Assembly (NCBI RefSeq): GCF_002571385.2
Contig: NW_019217833.1
Location: 550,805 to 614,804 of the forward strand
Direction: 5' to 3'
Length of the DNA: 64,000 nucleotides
DNA from: Stylophora pistillata
Lineage: Eukaryota
Numbering within the stretch: position 1 is the stretch's first letter; each line of letters opens with the position of its first letter. Shown one piece after another: positions 1-28,661 of the stretch. Under the pieces are notes generated by a model, which searched no databases, was not told where the DNA came from, and saw only the letters and a program-made list of their open reading frames with translations. Both the position numbers and the translations under genes were made by a program.

Positions 1-113
1 ATGCATAACAGACAAAAGTGTGAGTTCCAAACAACATATTTTATGTACTTTGACTTTTCATTTACAAGTAGCTCTGTTCGTTGAACTACACAGGGAAATC
101 AATAAAAACTTAC

Positions 114-263
114 ATAGATATCTTTGTTATTGTATCTGTCCCAAAGGTTCTCTATCAGTGAATCTTCTGTCAAGGGCTCAAGAAGCACCATGTCACCAAC
201 TCCGACCATGTTGTCCAACATACTCCGCCCACCCACTGCTGCCTGGCCTCCTGATTCACTCAT
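114..263 (-). CDS. myo1b: Unconventional class I myosin (MYO1B-like), first coding exon; gene continues beyond left edge
   Basis: Minus-strand exon: acceptor ...tgttcAG (269-270), GAGCC-ATG (263), donor GTAAGT after 114. Encodes MSESGGQAAVGGRSMLDNMVGVGDMVLLEPLTEDSLIENLWDRYNNKDIY, matching the vertebrate MYO1B N-terminus (LLDNMIGVGDMVLLEPL..E..FI.NL..R.....IY). Confidence 0.88.
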
Positions 264-2170
264 GGCTCCTGAACAGACACAAAAATAAATAGAACTTGCT
301 ACTTCTTCTCTAACTTGCAGATTTTGTTTTCCTTTAGATATTCTTTCAATTTTGCTAAGTCTCCACACCAAATAATTTTAGCTCTAAAAATATGGTGATA
401 TTTTTGTTTCTTCTCATCACTTTACTGCTAGAAAATAAGATTGGAGGGAGAAATTCCATCAATTTTAGTTAAAAAGTGATGGCAAAAAGGACAAAGAGGT
501 AAACATGCAGAGTAAAAGGTACCAGCACACTGGAAATAAAAGAAAGAGCTGTGGGTTTTGGGGGCAATTGTCCTTAGGATAGGCTAGCACCCCAGCAATG
601 GAGGAAAATAGCAAGATTCAGTATGGTCCTCATGGCTCACAAGCTGACTAACTTTTAAATTAAATGTGTAAAATGATAAAGGAGGTAAGTTTCTTAATCT
701 AGTAAAGAAACTGTGGTGCCTAACACCTGTATGTCAAAGTAGAGTATTACAAGATAATTTGGTTTTATCAACAGAGTTGTTAAAGTACATTGGCCACTGT
801 AAACTGATTCTAGAGTAACCCAAGCACTACAGTGTAGCTGTTCATCAGAGAGGATAAAAATGATAGGCAAGAAATTCACAATAATATTCATAATAAATAG
901 AAGATTGCATTTAATACATTCGCTTGTACAGTGGAAAACTCAGTATGCTGGAGTTCAAATTTACCTGACACTATACTCCTGTTGAACAAAATATCTTAAT
1001 AACAGCTTCCTCTCCTTGGGCTGAAATTCATCTGTGAAGCATTTACATTCACCTATATAGCTCTGTATAAGATGATAAAAAAAACAATAAATTGTTGATT
1101 TACAGAACCTTACTTCTGATGAATGACTTGTGTCGATTCCAAACAATAACCAGGCAAACAGTGATAACAAGACTAGTATTGCCTCATATAATGTTGGAAT
1201 TGTATGATAAAGTTAGGCAAATAGCTGGGTAAGACCAGCTAAAATTTATTATCTACTTGAAGCATGAAAAGATATGTATTATAACTACTATTAATAAAAC
1301 TATAAAGTCATTTAAAGTAAAATTTACTTTGAATGGTGAAACTGGACTGAGTGATCTAACGAAGGACTTCTGCAGAGTGAATCAGATTAAAATTTAAAAT
1401 ATCTCAATTAAAATTGCATGATTTTCAAAGTGCTTGTTGGGTACACAAACTAAAATTTAAGAAAGAATACAGAAAACAACCACCTGTTAATATTTAAATG
1501 GGACAATTCTAGATCTGACAAAATGCAGCTCTAGAGGTCTTAGCTGTGTACTTTTAAAACAAGTTTAGTTAAAGCTGAAAACCTAGTACACTGATTTCCT
1601 AGAAAGCATAAATTTTTAATTGAAGTTTAGCTGCTTTGTTAAATCAATAGCCCTTAATTGCAACTTCACATCAGACAAGTTAAACTAAATTTGTGCTGTC
1701 TATTAATAGCTTATGAAGAGCATTTAATCCGGAAGAACATATATTTCCATGAAGTAAACAGGTTTCAAGAACCAGCATTATGATCATAAATCTACATATA
1801 AATTAAGGCTAGATGAATTAAAAAATGAACATATAGCATCACAAGTACATATACAGACCCATGCACATCAGACGAACTAAACCAAGTTTGTGCTGTTCAT
1901 CAATTAGTTATTGTGACTCCTGGAGCACACAAAATGAGATGAACTGAACAGGTTTTTAAAGCCAGTAGTAATTTGTATGAAAGACTTGTAACTTCAACTG
2001 ACATAATTAAGAAATAAACTATCCTCAGATCAACCTGATTTATCAGTTCACAAGGGGAAAAAAAAGAAGAAAAAAACAAACAAAAAACAAACCCCCAATC
2101 AATTTAACCTGTCTCACTGTCCTAATCCAAATTTCACTCATTGTATTTAATATTTTTTACATCTTACTGT

Positions 2171-2595
2171 CAGGGGTTTCACTGATGTTTTCAGCAGGAG
2201 GGCAACTGGTTTTTACAGGTGGGCAAAACTTTTTAAATTGAACTTCTTTTATTATTAGATATTAAACTTTCCTCCAGATTGTCAAACCAGGTGGGCAAAA
2301 CTGTCCTCAGACCAGGTCAATTTGCCCATTGCCCGGCCCTAAATGAAACCCCTGGGTCCAGTTGTTCAAAGGCCGATTAGCACTAACCCAGGGTTAAATT
2401 TTAATCCACGTTTCTAAATTTCTCTGATCAAAAGGCGTTTTGGGATAATTTTCGTAATTCTTACTAGGACATTCAATCATCAAATTGTAGACAAATGGAA
2501 TTGAACTAAATTTTCTTTCAGAGCTTTCAGATCTGAGATCAAATTTCACGCTAACCCTGGGTTATCTTAACCCAGCTTTGAACAACCCGGCCCTG
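2171..2595. mobile_element. Two abutting CAGGG-terminated MITEs
   Basis: First: CAGGGGTTTCA (2171) ... TGAAACCCCTG (2354). Second: CTGGGTCCAGTTGTTCAAA (2352) ... TTTGAACAACCCGGCCCTG (2595). The composite is flanked by TACTGT (2165-2170, 2596-2601). A second copy of the second element lies at ~12584-12827. Confidence 0.75.
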
Positions 2596-2604
2596 TACTG
2601 TATT

Positions 2605-2809
2605 TTAACCCTGTACCCCCAGAAGCGATCAATCAAACTGTTAAGTAACTTCTTCCCTTAACACCATCAAACAGGTCATGAGAATACTCAAACTAAGGTA
2701 AAGTTGTTATCTTGATCTAACATTAACTTCTCATCACTAATATACAAGGAAGTGTGTGGTAACTAAAAGGGGAGAATTAATGATCAAATCTTGGGAGTTC
2801 AAAGGTAAA
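2605..2809. mobile_element. TTAA-CCC...GGG-TTAA (piggyBac-like) MITE family, degenerate; further copies at ~10420-10632, ~34590-34800, ~46985-47185
   Basis: TTAACCCTG start and GGGAGTTCAAAGGTAAA end. The four sites share internal words (tccttacaat, atgagaata, ccaaattctc, gatcttgg). Confidence 0.6.
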
Positions 2810-2978
2810 CACTCAAAAAAACTACACTGCTTTGTTCAAAAGGTAGTCATACTGCCAAACTGAAGGATCAACTTGAACACATGGTGGGACATGTTACTCT
2901 TTAAGATCATAATCTATCCAGAGTTGAGTGTTACCCTCTTCCTGAATAAAAGTAAGATTACAGGGCAACCTTCTTTAA

Positions 2979-4238
2979 AGTGCACCTAAACCCAAAAATT
3001 TTTTTTCACTTAACGAAGCAAGCGTATTTTTTGAAGTATTTCTGTGCAAACATTTTTTTATTTGCTCAAATCCTCAATTGTCTGTGCCCAGTCAAAATAC
3101 GGAAAATCGGCCACCATCTTGCCCCACGGCCGAGTTTAAAGAGGAATNACTATATCTGAAAGTAAGGCGATGGAAATTTCTTTCATTCAAATAGCGAACA
3201 TGGCGTATTTGGATGAAAGAAAACTGACGGCATTTCTCATGACTCTCATTTTCAGATCCAGAGAACCTTTTAGACATGCACTTTTCATATTCTACAAATT
3301 GTTTAGCAAATGCTCACGTTCCAAGTAAAATGAAAATTCTAACCTAAATCAAATGATCTTATGAAATTTGAATCTTAGGGCAGCTGCGAATACTTAATTA
3401 TCGTTGGCATTTCTCCCTGCCGACGCGACTCGTCGAAAACTTCCCACGTCTTTTCACTCCTCCGCCCCCCTACGTTTTGCTATAGTGCTACGTTTTACCA
3501 TGGCGCTACGTTTTATTATGATCGCGCTCCGTTTTATTAGATGTTACGCTCTGTTTTTCTATCGCGCTACGTTTTGTTATCTGGCCCCGTTTTATTATCG
3601 TGCTTCTTCTTAATAACTGAACGCCTGGAATAGGCTATAATTTTTTTCAAAGTCTAAGCAGGAAGAACCTCAATGCGTTGGTTTGATTTTTTACTGCAAA
3701 AAAAAAAAAAAAGTGAGACAAGGTGTCTACAATAGGGATCATTTAGTCCCTTAGTGGAAATGTTACTTAATTAAGAATTGCTGAATGAATAAGAAACAAC
3801 ACTGAGATACTGAAGTTAGCTTAGAAATCAATGATTCTAGTGTAACGCATCTCCAAGTGAATTCGAACCTCCCGTAGCCATTAAAGTGCACCTAAACGTA
3901 GCAACGTGCGAAATTTGCAAGAGGGTATCACGCTTCATACATTCCTCATACAATACACCTGGTCGGCATATTTCGGACAATATCGACCACAACCTTCCCA
4001 AACAAGTGAAAATGTGTGAAAAGCAGACTTTCGTGTTCTCGATTTGACGTCACATTATCCGCTAGAGCCATTCCTCTTTAAACTCGGTCGTGGGGCAAGA
4101 TGGCGGCCGATTTTCCGTATTTTGACTAGGCACAGAAAATTTAAGATTTAAGCAAATTAAAAAATTTTTGCACAGAAATACTCCAAAAAATAAGCTTATT
4201 TCGTTAAGCGAAAAAAAATTTTTGGGTTTAGGTGCACT
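2979..4238. mobile_element. Non-autonomous DNA transposon with ~170-bp TIRs and TTAA target duplication (Kolobok-like)
   Basis: TTAA|AGTGCACCTAAACCCAAAAATT... and ...AATTTTTGGGTTTAGGTGCACT|TTAA. Inverted homology runs 2979-3147 vs ~4070-4238. Single N at 3148; internal copy of the terminus at 3881. Confidence 0.85.
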
Positions 4239-4889
4239 TTAATGAAACAGTAATGTTAAAGTAATCGAGGCCAAAAACTAGTTCAAAATGTGTAGTGTAT
4301 AGTGTTGGCAGGTAGGTGCTGTAAAGTGGCAAAGGAGATCGCAGCAATCTCACTTTCACAGTGCTCGCATAATGGATCACAGTTCTTATTATAAAGAAAG
4401 ATACAAATAAAACTGGTTTGAAATCATATAACCTGAATTCCATTTCAAACAAAAAACATTTAGTAACAAAAAACATTTACACATGTGTGTGATCAAGCTG
4501 TAAACAATGAAGAAGAGATTATCATAATAATTTATTTTTAGACACAATACAAAGGTTAAGGTTAACTCTTCAGGAACAAACTATGCTGAGTGTCTAAAAA
4601 TAGATACGATAAGAGATGAGGATGCTCCTTAGGGCAAACTACAATGTACAGCTGTATAGTAGTCCCTGAGTTGGAGTACACTATGTACAAGACAATTTCA
4701 GGTAATTATTCAAGAAATGAATGTTACACAGGCATCAAATTAGCTATCCACTGGATGGCAATTTATCTTGTAGATTGAGTTTATGAACCTTCAAATACAT
4801 GAGACCTGTAGTACAAAGATCATTGCCTCTCAGGACCAGAAAGAACATCATTATGATAAAGAAAATCAAGGGCCATGTGTCTGTTATTT

Positions 4890-5246
4890 AGGTTCAGTTA
4901 GCTTATAATTACTGTATTTCAGAAACATTGGCCGAACATGAAACAAACATGACAAAACACATATGTAACTTCTCAACAGACTAACATTCTGTTTATTATA
5001 GAAAGGTTTAGTTGGGTTATTTCTACTGTATTTAAAGAAACATTGGCAGAGTATAAAGCAAACATGTCAAAACACACATGACTTCTCAATAATTATACTA
5101 ACATTCCATTTATTTAACTATAGTAAGGTTAGTTTGGTTATAACTAAATTAAATGTAATTAAAGAAACATTACCAGAACTTGAAGCAAACACGTCAAATC
5201 GCATGTGACTTCACAACAGACTTAAATTCTGTTCATTATAGAAAGG
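4890..5246. repeat. Degenerate tandem repeat, three ~115-125 bp units
   Basis: Recurring actgtattt.aagaaacattgg...gcaaacatgtcaaaacacatgtaacttctcaacagactaacattctgtttattatagaaagg. Confidence 0.8.
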
Positions 5247-6471
5247 ATGTCATAAGGACTGGTAAAAAAAAAAAAATGGTAAAAAAAAAGATGGAAAGAA
5301 TTTTCATCAGCAGGACATTGAATAACCTCCACGCTGTTCTGGAATTAACTGATTCTCGTTGGAGACAGATGAGTTAATGCTTATAATTACTTAAATAAGA
5401 TGTATAACCATGACGTTTTGACAAAAAAAATTGCAAAACTTCATAGAAATAAACAAACAGTCCTTAGATAACCTCTTTGATGAAAGGATTTATTATGATT
5501 AAATGTAACATCCACTATGAAATTTTCCAGAAAGAAAGAATTAGCAAATCAATAGGCTATGCATAGAAAAGGGAGGGAATTAACATTAAATGACAGCCGA
5601 ACAATCGAACCATGAAGAATAACAGAGTGAATTTCAATCCGTTAAATTCAGTTTAACAAAATCGTCTGTATTGATTAGAAAACAATCCAACAGAAGAAAA
5701 CGAGGTGCCCATAAAAAAGTTCCCCGTGGTTTTTTAAATGATCAATTAAATGATTGAAGTTAAAACTAGAGTCTGACACGGCTTTCACGGTAAATAAAAC
5801 GACTGTATCACTTACAGCATTGCACTTAGTATTTAAAAGCCGGTGGCAAAGTACAAAGACGCTTAGACATGCTCGCACTGTTGCTATAATTTATGTACCC
5901 CATTTCACGTTTAAAAAACCATGACTAGGATAAACTCTTTGCGATATTCTTTATCTAAGTTTTTTTTTTTTCATATTTGGTAAGTTGTCATAACGTCATT
6001 TGCTCAAATGTTTTAGTTTTATTCAAAGCTTGTTTGGAGAATACACGCTCGGAGGATTAGAAATGTGAAAGTTCTCTTAAAAACACTCCAAATATTGAAT
6101 ATTTTTCCCCCGTTACAGGGTAATTTATCAACTACACGTAGACCTCAAGGCATTTTGCGTACGCTTAATTGTTAAAAGGGCGATATATGAAAATGAAACC
6201 GGCTTTTGAATTTTCCCACGCCATGAAATGAACGTGATTTTCTAACTTTATGCCTCAGAGAGCTTTTGAGGCAAATACTTACACATGTCTACGTACTCAA
6301 GGGCGAAACTGATCTTCATTCATTATTGCTGTATTAATCATTTCATTCTTATCATATTTAAAACATGATCGGGTAAAGTTTTAATTTTCACACTCTGAAA
6401 AGTTCCTGACAACGACAAAACTAAATCATCGGCCACACTTTGTTCAGAAATAAACTTCAATTTTTACGTAC

Positions 6472-6913
6472 CTTGGTCGTGTGTCGGTACCTAGACAACC
6501 ATGAAAAGTGAGAAGATTCCCTTTTAACTTCAATTACTAAGGCTCAGCACGTACGTCGACGTCGGTTCCATAGTTTTTACACATTCGAGAGGCTAAAACT
6601 TCAAAAATTGGAAAAATTTCAGTAAGCTTTCGTCCGAAATAGCCCAGACACTACAGTCCAGAACCCGTCCCCCGAGGAAATTTTCAGATTGTTGTTTGGC
6701 GTCAGCTGAGACCGCGTTATTTTATAGTGCGGGGTTTCCCATTAGTCTCAGATCTCCAACAAAAAACAACAAAGGCCTGGATGATCAAAAGGATGATTTG
6801 TTGTCACCGCCAGAAAGGGTCGGTGAGTTCACTCAAATCCGCTTAGCTAATTCCGCCAGAAAAAGCCAAAGCGAATCTCTGAATGTTGATAGTTAAAAGG
6901 CTGACATCGTATT
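6472..6913. promoter_or_regulatory. Probable bidirectional promoter / 5' UTR region shared by myo1 (-) and cdk5 (+)
   Basis: CpG-rich island just upstream of the CDK5 ATG (6914). Minus-strand donor candidates AAG|GTACGT (6472/6471) and TGT|GTAAGT (6283/6282) could supply the non-coding exon needed by the myosin acceptor at 269-270. Confidence 0.5.
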
Positions 6914-21927
<15,014 letters not shown>

Positions 21928-22057
21928 TGCAGTCAAAACATAAGTATCTTAACAGACTACGCGAATTGTATGAGCAGTCATATATGCTTCCAATGGAAAA
22001 TAAAATCCTATCGTAATCATATTTTATGTAACCTCGTGAATGTGTACATATATGTGC

Positions 22058-22063
22058 AATAAA
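22058..22063 (+). terminator. Candidate cdk5 polyadenylation signal AATAAA
   Basis: AATAAA ~130 nt after the stop, followed by T/GT-rich sequence (22093-22130). Another AATAAA lies at 21999. Confidence 0.55.
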
Positions 22064-25000
22064 GTTTTATCAATGAACAGAGAGATCGTCATTTTTTGTT
22101 CTCTTTTGTTTTGTTTTGTTTTTACTTTTTTGATGGGTGTTTGCTGTGTTATCATTACTGGCGAAGGCTCATTCTGAGAATATTTCAAGTGCAACCCCCT
22201 TATCCTTTATTTTCGTTGGAAATATTGCCCAGTACAGAGATCATTCTTAGAATGCTCTTAATCCGTGTGTATGACTTGTGCGAATGTTTTATCGAAGTTT
22301 TACACAACGTTTTTCAGGTAGCACTTGCAGTGCTTATCACGAGGCGCGATATGTTCCGTCCTGTTCTTTTCTTCCATCCTATAGCGTCCATCTGGGACGC
22401 AACTAAGAGGCAAGAGATTTTCCATGGCCTTTCACTTTGTTAACCAAGTAATCTGCCCTTTTCTAAGTGCGAGAACGCACGGGAATATCCGGGAAACAGA
22501 AATCTGAGGTGCACAGGGGATGGCGGGATATGAGGGTACCGTACACTTCCAGTCTTCTTCTCTTACCTCCCACGTAAATCCCCACGTACTTTCCATTGAC
22601 AATCCACAGCCCCTCCCCCCTTCCCAAGAATCGTTATATGTGAAAGGGGAAGAGAATAACAACAGCAGTTCCTCTTCGAACAGAACCATCTACTGCTCGT
22701 TTAGGTGTTGCTTAAAGCATAAGATAGAGGAAGAAGCGACCTTCTGATACTTCCGTGAGCTTCTATTCTCCACCGTCAGTCTTAAAAGAGCTTCATTTTC
22801 AGAAATCCTAATTAAATGGTACCCAGTTCTCTACTTCTCATTTTTACAAGCAGATCTCCACGCATTTCCTTTTATTTTCGCTATAGTTTACTCTTTTTTG
22901 AACAAAATACAACTGCTGCTTGTGCAAAGAATTGTATTTCAAGATCTCTCACAAGATGAGATTCATTCATAAACTACGGATATCATGCCACAGCTGAAAA
23001 TGTAAAGTGAGAGAAGCAGTGGCACTAGTCAAACTGAGTGAGTCGATTCATGTGTAAATTCCCCCTTTCTGCGTGAAGTACGTGATAAGATGTCTGCTAA
23101 CATCATGAAACATGTCTGAGGATTTAAACAATTACGTTTCGCTGTGTTATTTCCTGTGTTTCTTCAGGTACTTCGACGAGAATTCCGAAATTTAACTCTC
23201 ACTGACCTCGTCGTGGTATTTGTTCTCGTTCGTCACTGAAGTTTCCGTTTGGAGAGGAGTCTGTTCATTGTCGCCTTGCTGGTAGATCTAAACTCTCGTT
23301 CCTAGACGTCTTAAACCCAAAGCCGCCAGATTAAGATATTCGGCGAAATGCAGAAAATATGCGATTTCTTAGGAGGCTGGCTGATTTAATTAAGAAAGTT
23401 TTTTCGAACCGACGCGTGTATTCTGTGTAAAAAAAAACAATTTTAAATAGCACGAATAGTTTTCTGAAAAACTTCCACGGAACCATGTTCAACTTCGAAA
23501 CAATTACATTTTTTTATTACCTCTCTTCCATAACGTTTTCGTACCTAACTGAAACAGATGTACTTTTACTCTTTTGAGTGCGCATCAAATCGGCGCTGAG
23601 AACCGACCACACACGTTGCAGTACGAGGCAATTCCATAGATTTAAGAAAGAAGTACGTATTGTCTACGAACATAAACTTTGAGAAAATGGTATTGTTGGT
23701 CAAGGAATCACGAACTGTTTCATGTTTTCCGAATCAAGAAGCATACATGAATGCGGTTTCGTTTACAAATTAGTTTTACCAGACCGCAAAAAGACATTTT
23801 CCATACTGAGGTCAAAACTCTTTCCGTCCGATCTACTGATCGTATTTAGCTGTAATGGCAAAATAATTGTCGAAAAACATCAGGCTTCCTTACATAAACA
23901 AGAAAGTTCACTGTGTGTGCTCGGTGCTCGGACACACAAAGGAAATGCTCTCTTGTAGTCTTTGTACAAGATTAGTTTTGTTTTGACGTGCCTGCATGGG
24001 GTGCCTATTTGTTTCGGTATTCCCTTGGTCAACGCATTCAGAAATCTGACCAAGGTGATTTGCGGTCTGTTCCCCGGAAAGGGTGGTCTACAGGAAACGC
24101 GAAAGTTTATACATTTAAATGTATCCCCTTCAAATGGCCAATACAATGTATTTAAGTAACTCAAACTCACCATTTATCGAGGTCAATGAAAGAGCTCCGA
24201 TAGAGTGTTTTCATCGCTTGGCATCTGCAGGTAAGTTGGAAGCATTAAGTTATCCTCATTAGAGGCTTTCGGCAGGTTGCCAGGACCAGTGTGACATCGA
24301 AACTTTGATTTCAACAAGTTTAGTCTACGGAATTCCTTATACCAGTGGCTATGCTCCTTTTTCTTAACCGTTGCCTCGACGCAGGTCTTTGAACTGCTCG
24401 TAATCATAGGTTACGAAACTTTTGTTTGCATCTAGGTGTTTTTTTTTTTTTATGATGAACTTTTCAACTTTTGACACTCGTTTTAAAGCACAATTTTTAT
24501 AAAAATAACACAACTTCAAATGCGCAATGGTATGACATTTAATCAAATATAATTCGCGGGGGAACAATTGGTGTTGCTTAATAAGTTACTTGCAGGTTGC
24601 GGGTGCGGAGAGTCGCAGATCAAGAAATAGGGGTAAAAAAAATGGGCAGATTTAATCGAATATCTCGTGCTCTCCGTATTCAAAAAATAAACAAAAAAAC
24701 ATCTGAGTCTATTCCTCGTAAGGTAATGATTATAAAACTTCCCGCAGTTTACATTCGATTAAGCCCAGATAGATATGAGATGATGCAATAACTATGAAAA
24801 AAAAAAAAAAAAAAAAAAAAAACACTCGGAAGGAAGAAGCGAGTTTATATGAAATCAAATATACAACGTCTCCCAATAGCTGAATCCATTAATGGCCACT
24901 TCTTTCAATAATTAACTGCGAACGCAATGATACAAACAGACAACTACATAAAAAGCTCTCAGGGAAGACTTTTCCTAAATATCAAAGTTGGTAAAATATC

Positions 25001-27383
25001 AAAAACAAATTTACATGGGGGACTTCTTCCTCTGCAATAGTTAATAAGAAAATGTGTACACCATTTACAAATGTATTCAATTTTTTTTCCTTGAAAATTG
25101 CAGAAGCACCTAATATTTTAATTCAGTTCACTTTCCTTTTACTCGCGTATAGCACTTAAAAAACAAGAGCCAGAATTAGCCAGTGGGAAAATGTTTGTTT
25201 TCAATTCACCCACACAAATGTCATACGTTTATGCTCAGTCTGTTGCCCATAAATGTCAAAACGCTTGCACTTTGATAATTAGTAACTTCCTCGGTGACAT
25301 TTTAGTAGTTTTGATACTTGCGGTTCCCTTTTAGACTTTACAATAGGGATAACAACTTCCGTACATAGCGAACAATTCGAAGTCTCTTGAAAAGCCGAAG
25401 GCATGCAAAGTTGTTTTGTTTGTCCACTTTAGCCACTAAGCCGTTACTTATTATAGCATAAATGTTGGCATTTTTTCAAAGTTACGCAGGGTAACTTCTC
25501 TTTTCTTACCACTTGTCTGGAAGTCAAAAATGGATTCGCTGATATCATCGCACGGAAGACTTTTTATGGACTCAATGTCTAATGATAATGGTATAAATAA
25601 AACTAGGAGGCCTTCCAATTACTGCCTCGTATCTAAAAATTACCTCATTACTCTTTTGATCTGACACTCTAAAACGTCATCTATATTTATCCCGAAGTCG
25701 CTTAGTTTACAAATTTTGATGTTGTGGTTTAACCGCGACGGCCCCTGATTTCCCGAACATACTGGTTCGTGAGCTGGCAGCGAATTTGAACACACCCGCC
25801 GAAGTTTCGTCACAGCTGGACGAAGATTTTCGCTTGTTGACAGCCAAGTAATGCCAAACCTCACGTAATTACACCTTGTTTGATCGTTTATTTACGACAG
25901 TTGACACAAGTGTGTTGAAAATTCTGATCCATCTCAGTCCACGTCGTTTCCTCAATCCCTCCGTGGGTCCGAAAATTTAGTATCATTATCAAAACCTACA
26001 TCTTTAAAGAAAGTTCGAGGGGCTATTACAGCGATATCATACAAATATTTCTCAACAATAGATGAAAAAAGAGTCGTGACGAATCTCAGCAAAACTGCAC
26101 GCATAGCATTTCTTAGAAGGTTATGCAAGTATTTATTCGTCTTCAATAACAAAAACTGCTTCCAGGGGCAGCGAGCATACGTACTTGCTACCTAGGTGCA
26201 ATGCTGTTATAGTAACTGAGGGGTTCTGTTTCTCAGACGTGAAGTCTCCAGACTAAAAAGTGACCCGACGTCAAATATCTTGTGCTCTAGATTCTGACGG
26301 AGATTCGATGATGTTGGCGACTTGATGGTAGACGCGCTAATCCAGGGCGGATCATTTTAAGGCTAAAAGCGAACCATTCAACAACAATTGATCCAGCTAA
26401 TCTGCGTGGGATATCGACAGTTCAAGAGCTAGCACTAATTGGCTATCTTCTCAATTTTCAACAAGCCTGGCCACTGTTACACTGAACGCTTATATATCCG
26501 GCGTTTCAAACATCTCAATCAGTTTCGCTGTCTTCTGATAAACTGCACATCAGTGTTCTTGTTCACTCTTAAGGAATTCACTGTAAGTATTTTTTATCCT
26601 TCTTTTACACGCACCCATGATAAGAGAACGGTAACTTTTAATAGTTATTCTTTGAATATTGATACACATCAATAGGTTTTCATGAGAGTGAATATCGTTA
26701 TTTGGTTGCGCGACTTACTTAACGTACCAGTCCTTTTTCTCTTCGAAATTTAACTAGTTTCTGAGGACACAACCTCGCCTATAAAAGCCAAATTTCTCAG
26801 TGTCTCTTGACTCTTATGAATATCAGACCCTAAACTCTCAGTTTCAGCAATTTTTTTTTTAAACCATCTAGACAAAAATTTGAAATGAATCAAGTTATGG
26901 AATTAAAACACTCTCGGAACCTCATATTAAACTAACTCGGACAAGACGTTTGACTCCATCACCTTAACGACGAATTTTAAACGCTTTTGCTTTCATTACA
27001 TAAAGCGAATCGGTCACCAATATCTTCGAAAATAAGTTGAAAGTAGCTCGTTTTTTATCGGGAGAGTTTCATCCAGTAACTGTTTCCGTTTTTTTTTCCC
27101 TGTTCATGAAGACTTTGGGCTAAAAATTTCCTGTGCTATAAAGTCAAAGAGTGCCGCGATGAAAAATCCATTGATGGCCTTATCCTGCAATTTGCTCTCT
27201 TTTTTTTTTTTTTCCTTCATCGCAGGCAAGTAAGCGTGAGATGTTCATTAATTCTAAGCAGAATTTTCGATGCAAAAGAACATCCAGCCTGAGTCAACTT
27301 AGTCATTAATTCTTCAAATCTGTATTATCTCCCGTCTTGCAGAGCTAATATGCTGTAATATCATTCCACGAGGATGCATTATG

Positions 27384-27415
<32 letters not shown>

Positions 27416-28581
27416 CCTTAAACACAAGAATTTTTATTTGGATAAGAAATGAAAAATGATAAAAAAAAAATCTTACGATTCCCATCACGCAAGGGAGATT
27501 TAACACCAGCATTCTTTCCGATGGTAAGAACTACACGACTCAAATCTTTGGAACAAGACTGAATCTTCAATAAAACTGTATTGTACCGATAACCGAACTT
27601 GTTCCTCAAACTGCGAGTGTCTGCTAAAATTACAGACTGAACGTGACCCAATCAGGTTAACGATATTGTCGGAGTCAGTTTTCTTGTATTTGTATGCATC
27701 TGCAAATTTATTTCATGGAGGAAAATGCTTACAACTATGTCAGTTGTGACGAACATCCACAACGTGCTCCAATGGAAAACTTCTTCCGGTCGTTGTGGTT
27801 TTGTTAAATTGGGGCTTTTGAATTCAAGTACTAATGCTCCAAATATAATATTAGATATATTAGATATTGAGCTCGCCATGACCAGGCAATTTTATAGCTA
27901 TATTTTGCAATTTCTAAAAGCAAACCTCATTTTCCAGTAATTGAATTAAAAGAAATTGTTTGCCGATTTCCCCAAGGCCGAAATAAAATACGAAGTCATC
28001 TTCGCTTTTTTTTTAGGTTATAAAGTGATTATTAACTGGTGGTTTGGAAAAAGCGACTGATGAATTGGCAAATTACGACAATTACAATTTCATCACCTAT
28101 GAAATAAGAGTTGATGTTGCACATTTTGCGTCATTTTTAAGACGCCAAAATTACTCAGACGTAAAAGAGACTACAATATAAACAGATATGTCAGTCAAGA
28201 AAAAGTAGTTAAAGGGCGATGATAAAACAAAAAGTTGCTACAACGGCTTGGGACGGAGACGACTAAAGACGATATGGCAACCTGGAAAAGTTTAAGGTAA
28301 ATATTCCAAGATATGCAAGGCGCAACGTGGTTGTAAAAAAGATTAACCTCTGTCGCGATCGATTTGCAATATCAAGCAAGCTTTACGGACAAATTCTCCG
28401 GGTATTTTTGTTTTCGATCCCAGCCAACTTCCCTGGTGTAGTTTAATCAAGATATTTTTCCATAGAATAAAAAAAAGGCAAGTAAGTCCAAGTCGAAAAA
28501 ACTTAACAGTTAACATACGTGGAAGCTAGTTTCTTAACGCATGTGCTCTTGAGTTGTCTCAAAAGAGACTTGTTGGTTTCA

Positions 28582-28661
28582 GCAACTAAGTTGATAATTT
28601 AAATTGGCCACGATAAAAAGATTCTAAAGCTGAGTGTTTCGAGCGTTAGCCCTTCGTTAGA
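28582..28661 (-). mobile_element. Degenerate Penelope pLTR fragment
   Basis: caactaagttgata...aaattggccac...aaagctgagtgtttcgagcgttagcccttcgttag, similar to the left arm at 12376-12452. Confidence 0.65.

Noticed and set aside
4890-5246. CRISPR-like array
   Set aside because: Whole units are similar, with no unique spacers; eukaryotic intron; ordinary tandem repeat.
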